The position numbers and the translations under genes were made by a program. A DNA stretch of 55,609 nucleotides, the filler included, from Circinaria calcarea (taxonomy: Eukaryota), in the NCBI GenBank assembly GCA_051942165.1. It is 2 parts of 2 records of this genome, joined end to end, with 100 filler letters (N's around TTAATTAATTAA, not from the genome) between each part and the next. Parts side by side here need not be neighbours in the genome. Positions count along the whole stretch, not along the records: positions 1 to 27,766 come from JAVECS010000062.1; positions 27,867 to 55,609 come from JAVECS010000063.1. One strand, 5' to 3'. The notes below the pieces were generated by a model. That model was not told where the DNA came from and made no database searches. It saw only the letters and a list, made by a program, of their open reading frames with translations. This document shows, piece after piece, positions 23,655 through 36,569 of this stretch (its first letter is position 1; every line of letters starts with the position of its first letter).

Positions 23655-25381
23655 CTATATGTTGTTCTTAACAGCTGGGGACTTGGCTATTTTGGCATCG
23701 GTTGCAGCTTTGCCATCTCCAGCCTGCTGCGATTCTACTGTACCCTTGACTGTCTGGCCATTCGTATCTGCGGTCTCCTTGATGGGCTGAGCAATAGGAC
23801 CTTGAGCGTTTCCGACCTTAGTTCCATCATCTTTTTTCTCGCTTGCCTCCTTTGCTGCAATGTTTTGAAGCTCCGTCTTGTCTTTCTCCCATTGATTATT
23901 GGGTTCGTTGAACTCGTCCTTGATCTTCTTCATGCGATCTGCGCGCTCCTTCTCCTCCTTTTCCCTATTCTGCCTTTCTTGCTCCATTTCTTCCATATGC
24001 CGGATGTCATCGACGCTAGGCTCGTACAAATGCCAAACTGTATAATGAGGCAGTCCGACCACGGAGAATTTCATTCGCTTCGCCATCTTCCAATATGATT
24101 AGCTAGCTGACAGCCGCAAGGCGGTGCACGGCGGATGCCATTCCTCACCTTGCCGAAGCCCTCTGTCTCCGCATGCTTCTCGAAACTGAACGCCGGGAAG
24201 TGTACCCCCGAGCGGAAAACCTTTGCCTTTGCCAGAATACTAACTCCACCAACGCCGTCAATCTCCATCTCCATGTCTGGATCACCATATGGATCCCTCA
24301 GATATGCTAGATGCGGCCTCCAGGTCGCGTATTCTGCATAGCCTTCCACTATCACAGCATCCTCATCTAGTGTGTCGGCTAAGGCGAGCGCGGTCTCGGA
24401 CTCCTGCCACGAATTAAGATCATACGGTTGTTCGCCACCAAGCCAATCTGGTAACGGTCGCCACACATCTGGAGACGATGAGTAAACCCGAATGCTGTCA
24501 AAGTGAAGACGGTCGATCCAAACTTACTGGGAACAATGACATCCTTGTCGTGCCGCATTAGGTCCTCCAGAATGGTCGGAGGAGCTGTCTCCACGTCTAC
24601 ATCTCTCCAGTAAACCCAGCTATGGGTAGGTCTGAGAGCGGAACTCAACAACCAGTTTCTGGCTTGAGCCATCAATTTTCTCCTGCTTGCCTGGGCCGCG
24701 AAGCCATGCCGACTCTCAACATCCTGGTTTACTTTCTGGCCAAAATCCTTTTCGATTATCGAGATTTCCCCGTATGGTTGCTTTGGATCAGGGTCCTCCT
24801 GCTGCTTAGTGAGCAGCTCAGAGAGCAGCGCTAAGGTGCGATCTTTTGAATCGGAAACCAAGAATGCCAGATCTATCAGATGGTGCGGGTAGGTGGAATT
24901 ACGCAGATGGGAGAAAAACATCGGGAGATGAGTTTCGGCATCTCGTAAAGGCGCACATAACAAAACCCTCTCCTCGCGTTCCCATCCACGTGCTGTCCCC
25001 TGGACGTTTGATAAATCGTAGTATCTCACTGTCTCCAACTGAAAGTGTTCCGCGCCCGATATCAACCCGAGTGATAAAGTAGGTAAGAGTATAGATCGTA
25101 GATGGGGGAAGAACAGTAATATAAGTATGATCGAAACACCACCAATCGTCGTTAATCGTAACAGAAGCTGTCGTCTTCGTCGTAGTGCAGGCTGGGATCT
25201 TGGTTGGAACCTGGATGCGGAATCTTGTCAGATCTCGACTATACATGTCTCAGGGTACATTCTGCTAAGCTGAAGCAAGTTGCTCTTACTTGTGAGGTGA
25301 GATGGACAATCCGCCGCTGCCTCCCATTGGGTATGCTTGCTGGCCGTTTGCATAACCGTTAGGGCCCCTAGGTCGGTTCAT
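23655..25381 (-). CDS. ANP1: Anp1/Van1/Mnn9-family (GT62) Golgi mannan polymerase subunit
   Basis: Type II TM segment after RRRRQ, followed by YPHHLIDLAFLVSDS, ARNWLL, WRDVDVE, DGVGGVSIL and ETEGFGKMA, with a charged coiled-coil tail. ANP1 versus VAN1 assignment is not certain. Confidence 0.88.
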
Positions 25382-27163
25382 ACTGGCCTAGGAGAAGGTA
25401 CAGGAAAGGATCCCAGGAGTTATATCGGGACGATGAGAGACGTTGAGCAATTTGCAAACTTCATTACCACAAAGAGCCCTGGGCCCCTCGGAAACCTCCC
25501 GGAATTGGTAGAATAAAGTAGAATGAAAGTAGAACCGATTTAGATTCTCCCTTGTCGACCGCTCTTCAAGCAACGCGCTGATTATGGCGCAACCGGTAGA
25601 AGTCCCGACGTTTGTTAAAGCTGACGAGTCGGCTGGTGCTCCCTGCCCAAAGTTACATACTTTTATTATTAGAATACGGAGTATGTCGAATTATTAAGCT
25701 TTGACTTTGCCAAGGGATACCCGATGATTGGTTCGAGCAATCTTGCCTATTCCGAATTTCGACGCCAGAAATGGAAATCGATATAATCCTACTGGTAAGT
25801 ATCACTTTACGGTGGGAGTAACGGAGTTGTCTTGTGATCGTAGTACATACTAGTTGAAAATACCTTCTTATAACTACGTACAAGGTATAGCAACAACATT
25901 AGCATGCTGCTTATGGTCACTACATCTACATGAGGAAAAATCTTGATAAGGCTGGAGCAGTCTAACTCGAGGAAACTTATGACTATTCGATGACTCTACG
26001 TGATGCTATAGCGTAACTGACATGCGAACCTCGAGATGTTTCTATCTTCCGATAAGGCCGGCAGCGCTATTTTGAAGACCAGACCAGTCCACTTGGCTCC
26101 TATTAACAGGTTAGTCGATTACGTGAATCCCAAAATCGGTGTCTATTAATGAATCATAGCTGGGGGTGCTCAGCAAAGCCGTTTTACTCATGCCACAACT
26201 GCCGGCTCAAGATCCACAGAGGCCAAGACGGCCTATGCACAGCTCAAGCTCGAAGACCAACATTACGGGTTGAGTTGAAGATCGGGCAAAGCCCTATCTC
26301 GACAGCAACAGATAACTCCACAACCAATCATCCCATGATCAAGAGGACCCGGTATGGTATGGGAGGATGGTCCGGCAGCGAAAGACTCATGGAATGGATT
26401 GACTTCTCTCATCGTAGCACAAAGACAAGCCGGAAAAGACATACATACTCTTTTCAATGGAGCGTAGTCGCAAGGACTCACGGCCTATTATGTGCATTCA
26501 TTAGCATGGTCCTTCTGATATCAGAGCTAAGTGACGGAAGATTCCCGAGAATGGGTAAGTCAGAATGAATGCATTTGGTAATGGGTATCATCAATTTAGT
26601 TCAGTAGCAGAACTGATAATATATATTGTTTTCATCATTGTAAGTTGCGAGGAGAAAATAGCAAGATTGACACAGGGTGAAGGCTTACACTTTGGAGATT
26701 ATCGAAAGCTCGAGGAATCCCACGTTCTCAGATCTAGGTCGAGACTCGTCAGCATTCTATATCATCAGTACTAGTGGACATTGACAAGCTGATTCGAAGG
26801 CAAGAGTTCAGATGGTAGTGCATGTTGTTCGATGGCTCATAGGGAATAGCCGGAACTAATAGGATATGATTTCCTCATAACAAAGCCCATTGGAAAGCAG
26901 CACACGATGATGGACGTACAGTTTATGCAATAATGAGATTCCAGAAAGGAGACAAGCATGGAGCTCATCGTTAAATCGCAAAAAAAGAACTTATTGATTG
27001 GTAGTAGGGTAAGAAAATTTCCGGCACTATCAAAGGAATTCCTTACGCTGCACACTACAAATTAGCGCTGTAAATTACGGAGTCCAACCCGCTTGATTCG
27101 TTACAATGTCCAAAGAGATGTTATCGACATAGAGACACCACCTGATGGCCATCTTAGTGATCC

Positions 27164-27766
27164 ATGACTGACAGGCGCCGTGTGAATGGTCCTGCTGGTG
27201 GCACGGTGCCACCAATCTTCTCGTCGTTACTGACCGCCGGTACAACGAAGCTAGGGCAGCGACCAACTCGGGGCAGAAGTTCGAAGGATGTTCGCAAAAT
27301 TTGTAGGTCACTTCCAAGACCAGCTCTAAACACAGTGATCCACAAGTCCTATCTCTTACACATATTCGATATGCAGATCTCAAGACTGGCCTCACGCCCT
27401 CTGCCTCGGGTTCTGCTTACTTCGAATTGGAGCAGTCCTCAGAAACCAACCTCAAGAGCGGGGCACTGGTATCCCCATCATCTGCGCTGAAACTTACATG
27501 CACTGTGCATGGGCCACGACCACTTCCTCGTTCGGCCCCTTTCGCCCCTCATATCCTACTTTCTACCCATGTCAAATTCGCGCCTTTTGCCGCAAGGCAA
27601 CGTCGTGGCTATCTCCGCGATGCCTGCGAACGGGATCTGGCTGTACACCTAGAAACTGCCCTCAAAGGAGTTATCATTGGAGACCGTTGGCCTAAGAGTG
27701 GAGTCGAGGTCGTTATTACAGTTCTTGAGGGCGAAGAAGACCAATGGTGGGTTGACGAAGCCACAC
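27164..27766 (+). CDS. MTR3: Exosome RNase PH-like subunit Mtr3 (3' end lost in assembly gap)
   Basis: MTDRRRVNGP N-terminus, KTGL.PSASGSAY.E, CTVHGPRPL, VKFAPFA and WPKS.VEV.ITVLE. Intron 27303-27376. The ORF runs into Ns. Confidence 0.88.
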
Positions 27767-27866
27767 NNNNNNNNNNNNNNNNNNNNNNNNNNNNNNNNNN
27801 NNNNNNNNNNTTAATTAATTAANNNNNNNNNNNNNNNNNNNNNNNNNNNNNNNNNNNNNNNNNNNN
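27767..27866. other. Artificial contig-joining spacer
   Basis: 44 N + TTAATTAATTAA (stops in all six frames) + 44 N = exactly 100 nt. Confidence 0.95.
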
Positions 27867-27925
27867 CTTTTCCTCAACCCACGCGACATCGACCAAGTCG
27901 ATATTTTATTTTATTTTAAAATTTT

Positions 27926-28330
27926 AAAACGGAAAATTGCAATTTCATACCCCACCCCCAATTTTTAAATAATTGACCTTCTGTTAGTGGAAGGTGGCTA
28001 TTACTAAGGTCACTGCCGCAAAGACCCACTATCGTAGAGGTCACTGTCGTAGGTAATCACTGTCGCAGAGGTTACTATCGCAGAGGTTACTGCCGCCAGT
28101 GGCATTGCGACACACTGGCATTGCGACACACTGGCATTGCGACACACTGGCATTGCGACACACTGGCATTGCGACACACTGGCATTGCGACAGCGACAGC
28201 GACAGCGACTCACTAAAAACCGCGACAATCGGGCTGGGTTCTAGGCTAATAACCCCCTAACAGTAGTGTGTTCTTTGGAGTACCCCCTGAAAATATGGGG
28301 GTGGGGTATGAAATTGCAATTTTCCGTTTT
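27926..28330. mobile_element. MITE/foldback-like element with perfect 35-bp inverted repeats
   Basis: AAAACGGAAAATTGCAATTTCATACCCCACCCCCA at 27926-27960 and its exact reverse complement at 28296-28330. The interior is non-coding with tandem arrays. Confidence 0.7.
28007..28209. repeat. Degenerate ~15-bp array, then perfect 16-bp minisatellite, then (GCGACA)n
   Basis: About six AGGTYACTRYCGYAG-like units (28007-28098). TGGCATTGCGACACAC x5 plus a partial sixth (28100-28192). GCGACA repeats to 28209. Confidence 0.9.
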
Positions 28331-28846
28331 TAAAAACTATTATTCCACCCCCCCCCCCCCTTCTTTTTTTTTCTTGGGGGAAATAATAATCTGGAGAAAG
28401 GAGAAGAGGGGAATACAGTAAGATACAAGGGGAGGGGAAGAGGAGAATACAGTACAAAGGGGGAAAGAAAAGAAGATGATGGATCATGGGATCTTTTTAC
28501 CATTCGAGTCCGAGTCCCGGGTCCCGAGTCCGAGTTCGAGCCTGACTGTTACTGTTGTGATTGTGAAATATGTAATTTGATAAAAAAAGGGGAATCCTTG
28601 TCGAGTTTAGGAGGGGGGGAGGTTGGGGGAACTTCTAGGTAGGGAAATTCTTTAGATGATTATATGATTGGTAATGGGTAGCCGGGCCAAAAAGCAACGA
28701 AGACTTCATAAGTAGGAACTTGCTTGTAAGGGGGTTCTTTTGCGGGTAATCGTTCTAATGTCTAATCTGCCCAGTCCCATCTATGATACAGCCACCGCCA
28801 CCTTCTCCTTTCCCCATTCCGACTGAACTGGGATACCCCCCCGCTT

Positions 28847-30066
28847 CTAGAATTTATATACCTGGTCTTCCGTATATCCCAATTCCTTCAGAATACCCGT
28901 CAACTCCCCCTGTTCCTTCGGGTTCGGTTTCGCCCCGCTGATAGCCTTGTACAGCCCCGGCGGCCCACAGACAAAAAGCTTAATCTTCTCCGTCTTTGGC
29001 TCCGGCAGCACCGTCTTCAGCAGCTCCTTGTTGATATGGCCCTTGCCGCCCATCCATTTATCGGGCGGGTGGTCGAGCACGTAAAAGGCGCGGAAGCGCT
29101 GCGGGTATGTGTTTTCGAGCTCTTCGAACTCGCGCTTGAGCAGGATGTCTTCCTCGGTGAGGTTGCCGTAAACGAGGGTGACTTTGGTTTTGTCGTCGGG
29201 GTTTTTGAAAATGGCGCGCACGAGCTGGTACATCGGGGTTATACCGGTCCCGCCGGCAATAAGGCAAATTTGGGTGTGGTCGTTCTGATGGTAGGGATAT
29301 TTTGGGATAGGGCCTTTGAAGGAAAGGCGCTGCGGGGGTTCCATATCGTGGAGGTGGCTGGACATGGAGCCGTTGGGGTATTTCTTAATAACCAAGTCGA
29401 TGTATCCGCGTTGGTCTGGTCAGGTTAGTAAAGTATAAGAAGGAGGCCAAAGAGGGAGGGCCGGACCTTCATCACTTATGGGGGTGTAGGGCCGAATGGT
29501 GGGTTTCTCCATCTCAGGACCTTTGTACTTTGTAAGGAGAGCAGCTGTATGACGCGTCAGTGGGGGGTTTTCTCATGGCATGCCTCAACACATACAAGCT
29601 ATTTGCAGTCCGGAAACATCGTCCTTATTGGGCAGCTCAAAGCGGAACTTTTTGGTATTGTGATTGATGTTCTCCACACTATCCAACTTCAGATCTATCC
29701 ATCCTTGATCTCCACCAGTAAATGCAGCACTCTTCGTCGCGGACTTTGCTGGAATATTATGCTGCTCCTCGCTCGAAGGTGGAGCCCCTCCCTCTGCGGC
29801 ATTGGGTTTGGGAATTTTCAATTGGCGGGAATAGTAGTAGTACCCTCCACCGCCGGCGGCAGCAGCAGCGGCTATGGCACCATAGATGGTTGTGTTTGAG
29901 CTGCTGGTTGCAGAACCTTCAGTAGCATAGCGGCGGACGCTCTATAGAGGTATTGATTAGTGCAAATACTCCTAAGAAGCTCGTTATATAGAATCTGCCG
30001 TAAAGTGAAGGGTATCCCTACACTCTTCACTGGTTGCAGTGACCGAAAAACTCGTCTCGCAATCAT
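28847..30066 (-). CDS. MCR1: Mitochondrial NADH-cytochrome b5 reductase 2
   Basis: Basic presequence plus Ala/Gly/Tyr anchor, then [20 protein letters not shown] and VCGPPG motifs. Three introns, the first at 29942-30021. Confidence 0.93.
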
Positions 30067-30521
30067 CTTCCGTAATGTGGTGACGACCCTCCTTCAACAC
30101 GATCGAGTTAGTCTTGGGATTATGGAAGTGTACTTTGGGATTCGCGGACTGTATTAGTCGCGTCTGTAGGGCTGAACAGTGAGTGGATGCCTTGTTCTAC
30201 AATTCCCCGGGCGGTTGACCGTTATCAGTATAAATCTTTGCTCCAGTACATATGTTTACATCGACATCCAATGATGATGGTGAAAACCTCAATTAGGTTA
30301 GCGTATGTTTACACCGTCTGCTGTAGAGACTATGTTATAGTTTTCTCAAAACACAACAACACTACTATTATATGGGTCATCCAACATCACGCAAGGCCCC
30401 AGGTTCGTACAGAGACAGTCCATGCTTTAATTATAGCAGCTCCATCTTTTTATACAGTCATTATCTTCTCCGATCTCGTACCAAAGGCTCGACCTACGCG
30501 ATTGGCTGTATGTGGCATCCC

Positions 30522-33435
30522 TCAATATATATAGTACTGCTGTGCCAAAGGGAGCTTTGGGGCCGGCTCTGCTGTGCATACCATCCCGTCTGCTTCAACC
30601 ACCTAGATAAAGGGCGGTTAGCTCTGCGGTATCTTGGTGAAGGTATGTGTTCGGTCGAGAGGGTCAGAAAAACTTACGTAGCTCTCCGGATCCACCTTCA
30701 TCTTCGGCATAATATCATTGAACTTCATATCCTTTTTGCCAATCTTCCTGCAGTTCTTAACTACCTCGATACGTTTGCGTAGATTGTACGAAGCAATAGT
30801 ACCGCTATCGACAGAGGCTTGCGAAACAAAGGTAATGGATGTACGTGGGACGAAACTCTGGACTCGATTAGACCAATGGTCACGATATAGCATAAAACCA
30901 GAGAAGCCGGACTTACCGCGAACATTGGACGCATGATAATAGGCTGTACCGTGGGTACCGAGGCGTTAGGATCACCCTAAACGAGTCTAAGTGTGCGTGC
31001 TAGATGAATCGAGAAGGGCTGTTATTTACCATTTGGGAGTAAGATATCATCCCGCTTTTAATGATCATGTCTGGCTTAGTACCAAAGTTCGCCGGCCTCC
31101 ATAATACGAGATCTGCGAGCTTGCCAACCTCCACACTCCCAAGGATGTGGCTCATGCCCTGTGCGATGGCAGGATTGATGGTATACTTGCTAATATACCT
31201 CTTGACTCGAAAGTTATCTGCACCTGTTCCTTCGTCCTCTTTAAGCGAGCCACGCTGCTCCTTATTCTTATGAGCGGTATTCCAGGTTCGCAATATGACC
31301 TCGCCACATCTACCCATGGCTTGCGAATCCGAGGACATCATACTGATGGCGCCAAGATCATGCAGCACATCCTCTGCAGCAATAGTCTCGGCACGAATTC
31401 GGGATTCGGCAAAAGCAATATCCTCTGGGATATCCTTTGACAGATGATGGCAGACCATCAACATGTCTAGATGTTCATCAAGTGTATTGCGGGTATATGG
31501 TCGTGTGGGATTAGTGGAACTAGGTAATACATTGGGGTGCTCGACAACAGAAATGATGTCTGGCGCATGCCCTCCTCCAGCACCTTCAGTGTGGTACGTA
31601 TGGATCGTGCGACCTTTGATGGCATCGATAGTTTGCTCCACGAAGCCAGACTCGTTAAGCGTATCTGTATGAATAAGACATTGTACATCATACTCATCAC
31701 AAACCCTCAAGCACGTATCAATCACCGCAGGAGTGGCGCCCCAATCTTCATGAACTTTCAGGCCTGCTGCCCCTGCGATACATTGCTCTTCTAGTGCGCG
31801 GGGTTCGCTGTCGCTGCCTTTACCGGTGATAGCAAAATTGACAGGAAGCTCGTCACAGGCCTGAAACATTTGCCGGAGATGAGTTTTCCCAGGCGTACAA
31901 GTAGTGGCTCCTGATCCCGCGCTTGGCCCGGTCCCGCCTCCAAGCATAGTCGTGATACCTGATTCCACAGCTTCGTATGCTTGTTGCGGACAGATATAGT
32001 GAATATGAGTATCGATGCCTCCTGCGGTGATGATATCACTTTCTCCAGCAATAACTTCCGTACATGACCCTACTATCATGGCCGGATTCACGCCGTCCAT
32101 GACATCCGGATTTCCGGCTTTGCCAATGCCTACAATCACACCGTTCTTAATCCCAATATCGGCTTTGACGATTCCGCTCCAGTCCACAATGAGTGCGTTC
32201 GTTATGACGGTATCCAATGAATCTGCGTCAGGTCGACCGCCAGCCTGACCCATACCATCCCTGAGGGTCTTGCCCCCACCGAACTTGCATTCATCCCCAT
32301 AGACGGTAAAGTCCTTTTCGACTTTAACCCAAAGGTTGGTAAATCCAAGACGAATGACATCTCCAACAGTAGGGCCGAACATGCCGCAATAAGCATCCCG
32401 CGTTATAGAGAAAGGATCTATGTGCGCACTGTCACCAGCGGGCTCAGGCACGTTAGCAAAGCCACCTTCTTGTAATCGCTTTTGGATCTCCTCCGTCCGT
32501 GAGATATCAACAGGACCGGAGGCGATATTGTTGCCGCCCCTGATTACCTTGTGCCCGCCCATTTCCACAAGTGTCACTGTCTTCGTATCTCCGGGCTCGA
32601 AGCGGATCGAAGTGCCTGCTGCAACATCTAGTAGATATCCGTACGCCTTCAGCCGGTCAAACTCGAGCTGTGGATTTGTTTCTATAAAGTGGTAGTGTGA
32701 TCCCACCTGGTCTGTTGTAAGTAACTTTGTACCTTCCGTGCCGGGACTAAAAGCATACTTGTATTGGCCTATCACCTTTGCTTGTGACCTTGAGCCTAAT
32801 TCTCTTTCTACCTTCCTTGAGAGTGATCCTCCCTGCTTTCACGGGGACGATGGTGCCAGCCAAATTCTTCGAATCATAGTCGGCCGGGTCAGGCAAAGGA
32901 AAGAGATCCTTTGATGGTATAGGTAGAAAGCTGCCATACAGGGCTTTCTCGAGATTCCCATCATCGGTGCTAATTGGGCAATGTACCGTTACAAGATACG
33001 TGCCAGTTGTAAAGGTGCCTTCAACCATGAGTACTGCCAGGGATGTAATGACAGATGGCATGACATGACGTCGCCCGAGCATCTGTTTCCCAATGGACAT
33101 GAGGTCTGCGACGGAGTGATGGCCATCGCGGATGAGCTACGGGGTAAAGGACTCAGAAACAACCTTAGGGCTCATTGGAGACTTGCATACTTCTTGTAGA
33201 TTATTGGCAATCAGCGCCTATGCGATTTTAACAATTAGCGCATTGAAGTCGAGTAGTCTTTGTAGGATAATCATACTGTTGCCTCTGCATGATTCAGCTT
33301 CACGCCCCGAGCTAGTCGACGTTGTGCAAGCAGTCCCAATTGGGACGTGACGAGCTTGTCAAGCTATGACGCCCTATTAGTGATGGTGCCGGCATTGGGT
33401 CTGTCGAAGCGCACCTCTTTGGCAACGAGATGCAT
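30522..33435 (-). CDS. URE1: Urease (fused gamma-beta-alpha, Ni-dependent)
   Basis: MHLVAKE/LDKL...[56 protein letters not shown] and SSDSQAMGR. The last exon ends ...PLAQQYYIY* at 30522. Confidence 0.97.
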
Positions 33436-33945
33436 TCCGGCCAAAGGGCATGAACCAATGGCTTCGAGTCAGTAAATGTGGTGGCTTGGACGGATATCTC
33501 AGATGCATTTTCAAGTACATGAGGGCATTCAATCGATGTCATTAATAGTGCGGGGTCTGTTATCGGCAAACGATAATCCAAAGGTTGACTGCCAAACAAC
33601 AATTATGGCATTTCCACATGTGGAGTCAAGAACAAGACAATTTCTATTAATTCGCTGATACCAAGTTATGGCGAGACATACATACGGGTATGTGAACACA
33701 AGCTTCCATCATCTCCATTATCATAGCAACCAGAAGTGTCCATACAGTCCCTGGAATCAGGTGACACTGGTATCACGATGCGGAAGAAAACTAGGTGAGG
33801 TGACATTATCACCCCTCAAACAGATAGAGGAAATCAGAAGCCTATGGGGAAACGGAATAGCAGCCCCTCTCCGCTTCCCCCCCCCCGGGAGCGCCATGTA
33901 AGAGAAGATACCAAAGGACTTCCCAAACGGATATCGTTAGCGCAC

Positions 33946-35407
33946 TCAGTCCTCCTCAATGATAGCCTCGCTCTTGCGCTTCCTTCCTTTCCTCTTCTCC
34001 GTCTTCTGTGTCTCTTGACTCGTTGACTTGACTGGGGAACTCCCAGTGATCGTCGAGGTCGCAGCTTCTGCATCCTTGTCGCGCCTAGGCTTTGGGCCGC
34101 GCTTCTTCCGCTCCTTTTCTGGTGATTTGGAAGATCTTTCAACAATTGGGCTCTCGGAAGCAGGCTTAGGCTTCTGAGTTTCCTTGGGCGGAGCGACCTT
34201 AATAGGCGAGGACGCTTTTTCTCCGCCGTCTTTGGTTGTCTTACGGCGCTTGCTGGCCCGTGGGGATTTGGGTGGAGACGGGGCTTTACGAGGTGAGGGG
34301 GATCTCTCATCCTCCTCTTCGGAGGAGTCGGAATCGGAGTCGTCACTTTCATCAAGAGGGGGAGTCGAGACTGGTTTGGGGATGAAGCCAGCTTTCCGCT
34401 GTTGTTCGTACAATTTCTCCGCCTGTGCTTGGTTGATCTCAGGGATGGGCTCTCCAGCCTTGTAGGCCCTCGACTTCTCATAGTATGCGGCGCGATTGCA
34501 AGCGTATTTGTAATACACAGCCTGCGAGCCAGGTTAGTTATCCAAGCAGACTTTTGGGCGCTACCTCACATACCTCTTTCTCAGCCGGCGAGATCTCTTT
34601 CCAGCGCTTTTGCCCTTCAAGCTCAACTTCCTTTGACTTGTAGTCGGGTCCCATTTCCTTTTGAATGATCGGTCGCATAGTCTGCATGTACAGGAAGAAG
34701 GGCGTCATTGCCTTCTTCGGCGCATTCTTGTCGTGAGGTCGTTTGGGCTTTCTCCCCCCAGCCTCCGTCTTTGGCCCAGGCGTAGCTCCGCGCCCTCGCA
34801 CGAGAAGTCCATTGTCGCCAAGTGGATTCGCAAGGTGGTACAGGTCGATATGCGAAATGTTGCCTTTACCGATGAGCTCGTTGGTGTGGGTAATAAACCT
34901 CCGCGATAGATCGTGCGCTGCATTCTCGATTGACGCAAGGCCAGAGATGTACTGGACGACAGTTAGCGGCCATGCTTATATTCGATGGTCGACGACATGG
35001 AGATTGCGCATTTGAGGGAAGGCAACAGCCAAAATGGATAGAATCGTGTAGAACGGCCATGAAGCGCATTGCAGCATCGCGCGCCAAAACGCGATGCTTT
35101 GTAGAGAATGCGGATCTCTGCGATGCCCTCGAACAAATCACCATGCGACAATGTTGCAGTGCTCTGTTGGAGCAGTTGGATGTGGAGGATTGGTGTGGTG
35201 GTGAGCGTGGTAAACGCGTCAACATGGCAGCGATCGATGCAACAGCAAAACTTGCGACAAGAGGATGTAACTTGGGCGACTCGGAGGGAAAGCAATACTT
35301 ACCGCGTCTCTCATGCGAGTAAACTCCTCGATGTCGATTGAGAGTTTCGTCGTTTCTCTTCCAGCTGTATTGTCCTTCCTCGCGCGCGGCGAAGGTGAGC
35401 GCGCCAT
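33946..35407 (-). CDS. HMG-box chromatin protein with acidic/basic low-complexity tail
   Basis: HDKNAPKKAMTPFFLY...RWKEISPAEK HMG box. Introns 34952-35302 (long) and ~34520-34572. Confidence 0.88.
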
Positions 35408-36569
35408 GTTCTGTTGGTTGTGTTGATGGTTTGGTGGGTGGTGTTGCGACTGAGGGTGAGAGGGTGGAAAGGGTTCGGAGGACGAAGAGAAGGAAGCTGA
35501 GAGTTAGGCAGGAATTTCAGTGGGCGACCCCGCTAATAACGGCGAGGACTCATCACAAGTGACAGGGGGGGCTGAGCACGTCGCAAAGTGTGTACATGAT
35601 CTTTGTTTTGGTTTGCTTTTGACGCCCTGCACGGTAACTACGGAGTAGGACTATCTATCTGCTTAGGAAATAATAAAAACCCCCCCAAAAACTTCTGCGA
35701 CTTGAGTTATTTTCGATACCACCTTGCGCGTGATCGGAGTCCCCAAGCCCACCAACTATTTACATGCATCAACAGCTTTCACCCGTCCCAGGCGTCGGCT
35801 GCCATTCCTCTGTACTCACGGAGCACTAACCCACCCTCCACGTAAGGGCTCCTCTAGAATAACCCAGCAGTCGTCGAATTACGTCGGTCAGTATATTCTG
35901 GTACAGAGCAAAAAGGGCCACCCGATTTTGGGCCCCACCTACTCTGTTGCTGCCACGTCAGCTTCCGCCGGGTCCACAAGAGCCCAGCCGGCGCCATGTT
36001 ACCGTTCAAATGGCAGTGGGACCTTTTCTGTCTTTTTGTATGCTAGCAGCCATCACCGTAGGGTGCCTGAAACGGCCCACCCTGATTGTGCACTCCCCCG
36101 ACCTCACGTCCCGAATCTGGTGTTTCGACCCCCAGTCACAGCGCATATTCCAAACCGTCAGCCCTTTGGGTCGGCTGGTGCGTGCCCCTATACTGACCAC
36201 CGGAGATTTGTCTTCTTTGTAGAGAGGCACTTCTGGTGTGCGCCCGCGGTAGTCCCTAAGCTCAGTGGCATCATCACAAATAAGAATAAACGACTGCTTG
36301 CCATAACGCATCAGGGAAATGGCATTCTAAGCTCAACTATCTGCCCTCACTTCCTTCTTCTCCAACTATCAGAAGATTCCGCTCTCTGGGATAGAAAATA
36401 GAGAGCCGAACGCTCATCGGAGTAGAATATTCGCACGGAGATACCGACGTCCTACACAGCCATGTATCCTAAGCACAGCTTGAAAGTCTCGTCTTGACAA
36501 TGACATTCTTACAGTGCTGACCAAAGGTTAAAATCCCTACTTGATGCAACTTAATCCAGTTGACATCCC

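Noticed and set aside
971..25381. Apparent functional cluster of endomembrane (FIG4, VMA8, GEA2, ANP1) or RNA-processing (CCA1, U1A, SYF1) genes
   Set aside because: These are broad housekeeping categories, interleaved, with no shared motif seen. Compatible with chance.
26149..26774. ORFs in the ANP1-MTR3 intergenic region
   Set aside because: No recognisable domain or consistent exon chain. A decayed gene cannot be excluded without a search.
27811..27822. TTAATTAATTAA palindrome as a biological site
   Set aside because: It is centred in a symmetric N run, a standard six-frame-stop linker.
28100..28192. CRISPR-like direct repeats
   Set aside because: Contiguous 16-bp units without spacers, in a eukaryotic context with no cas genes.
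35724..36401. 225-aa + strand ORF upstream of the HMG gene
   Set aside because: Non-ATG start, composition typical of random sequence, and no motif.
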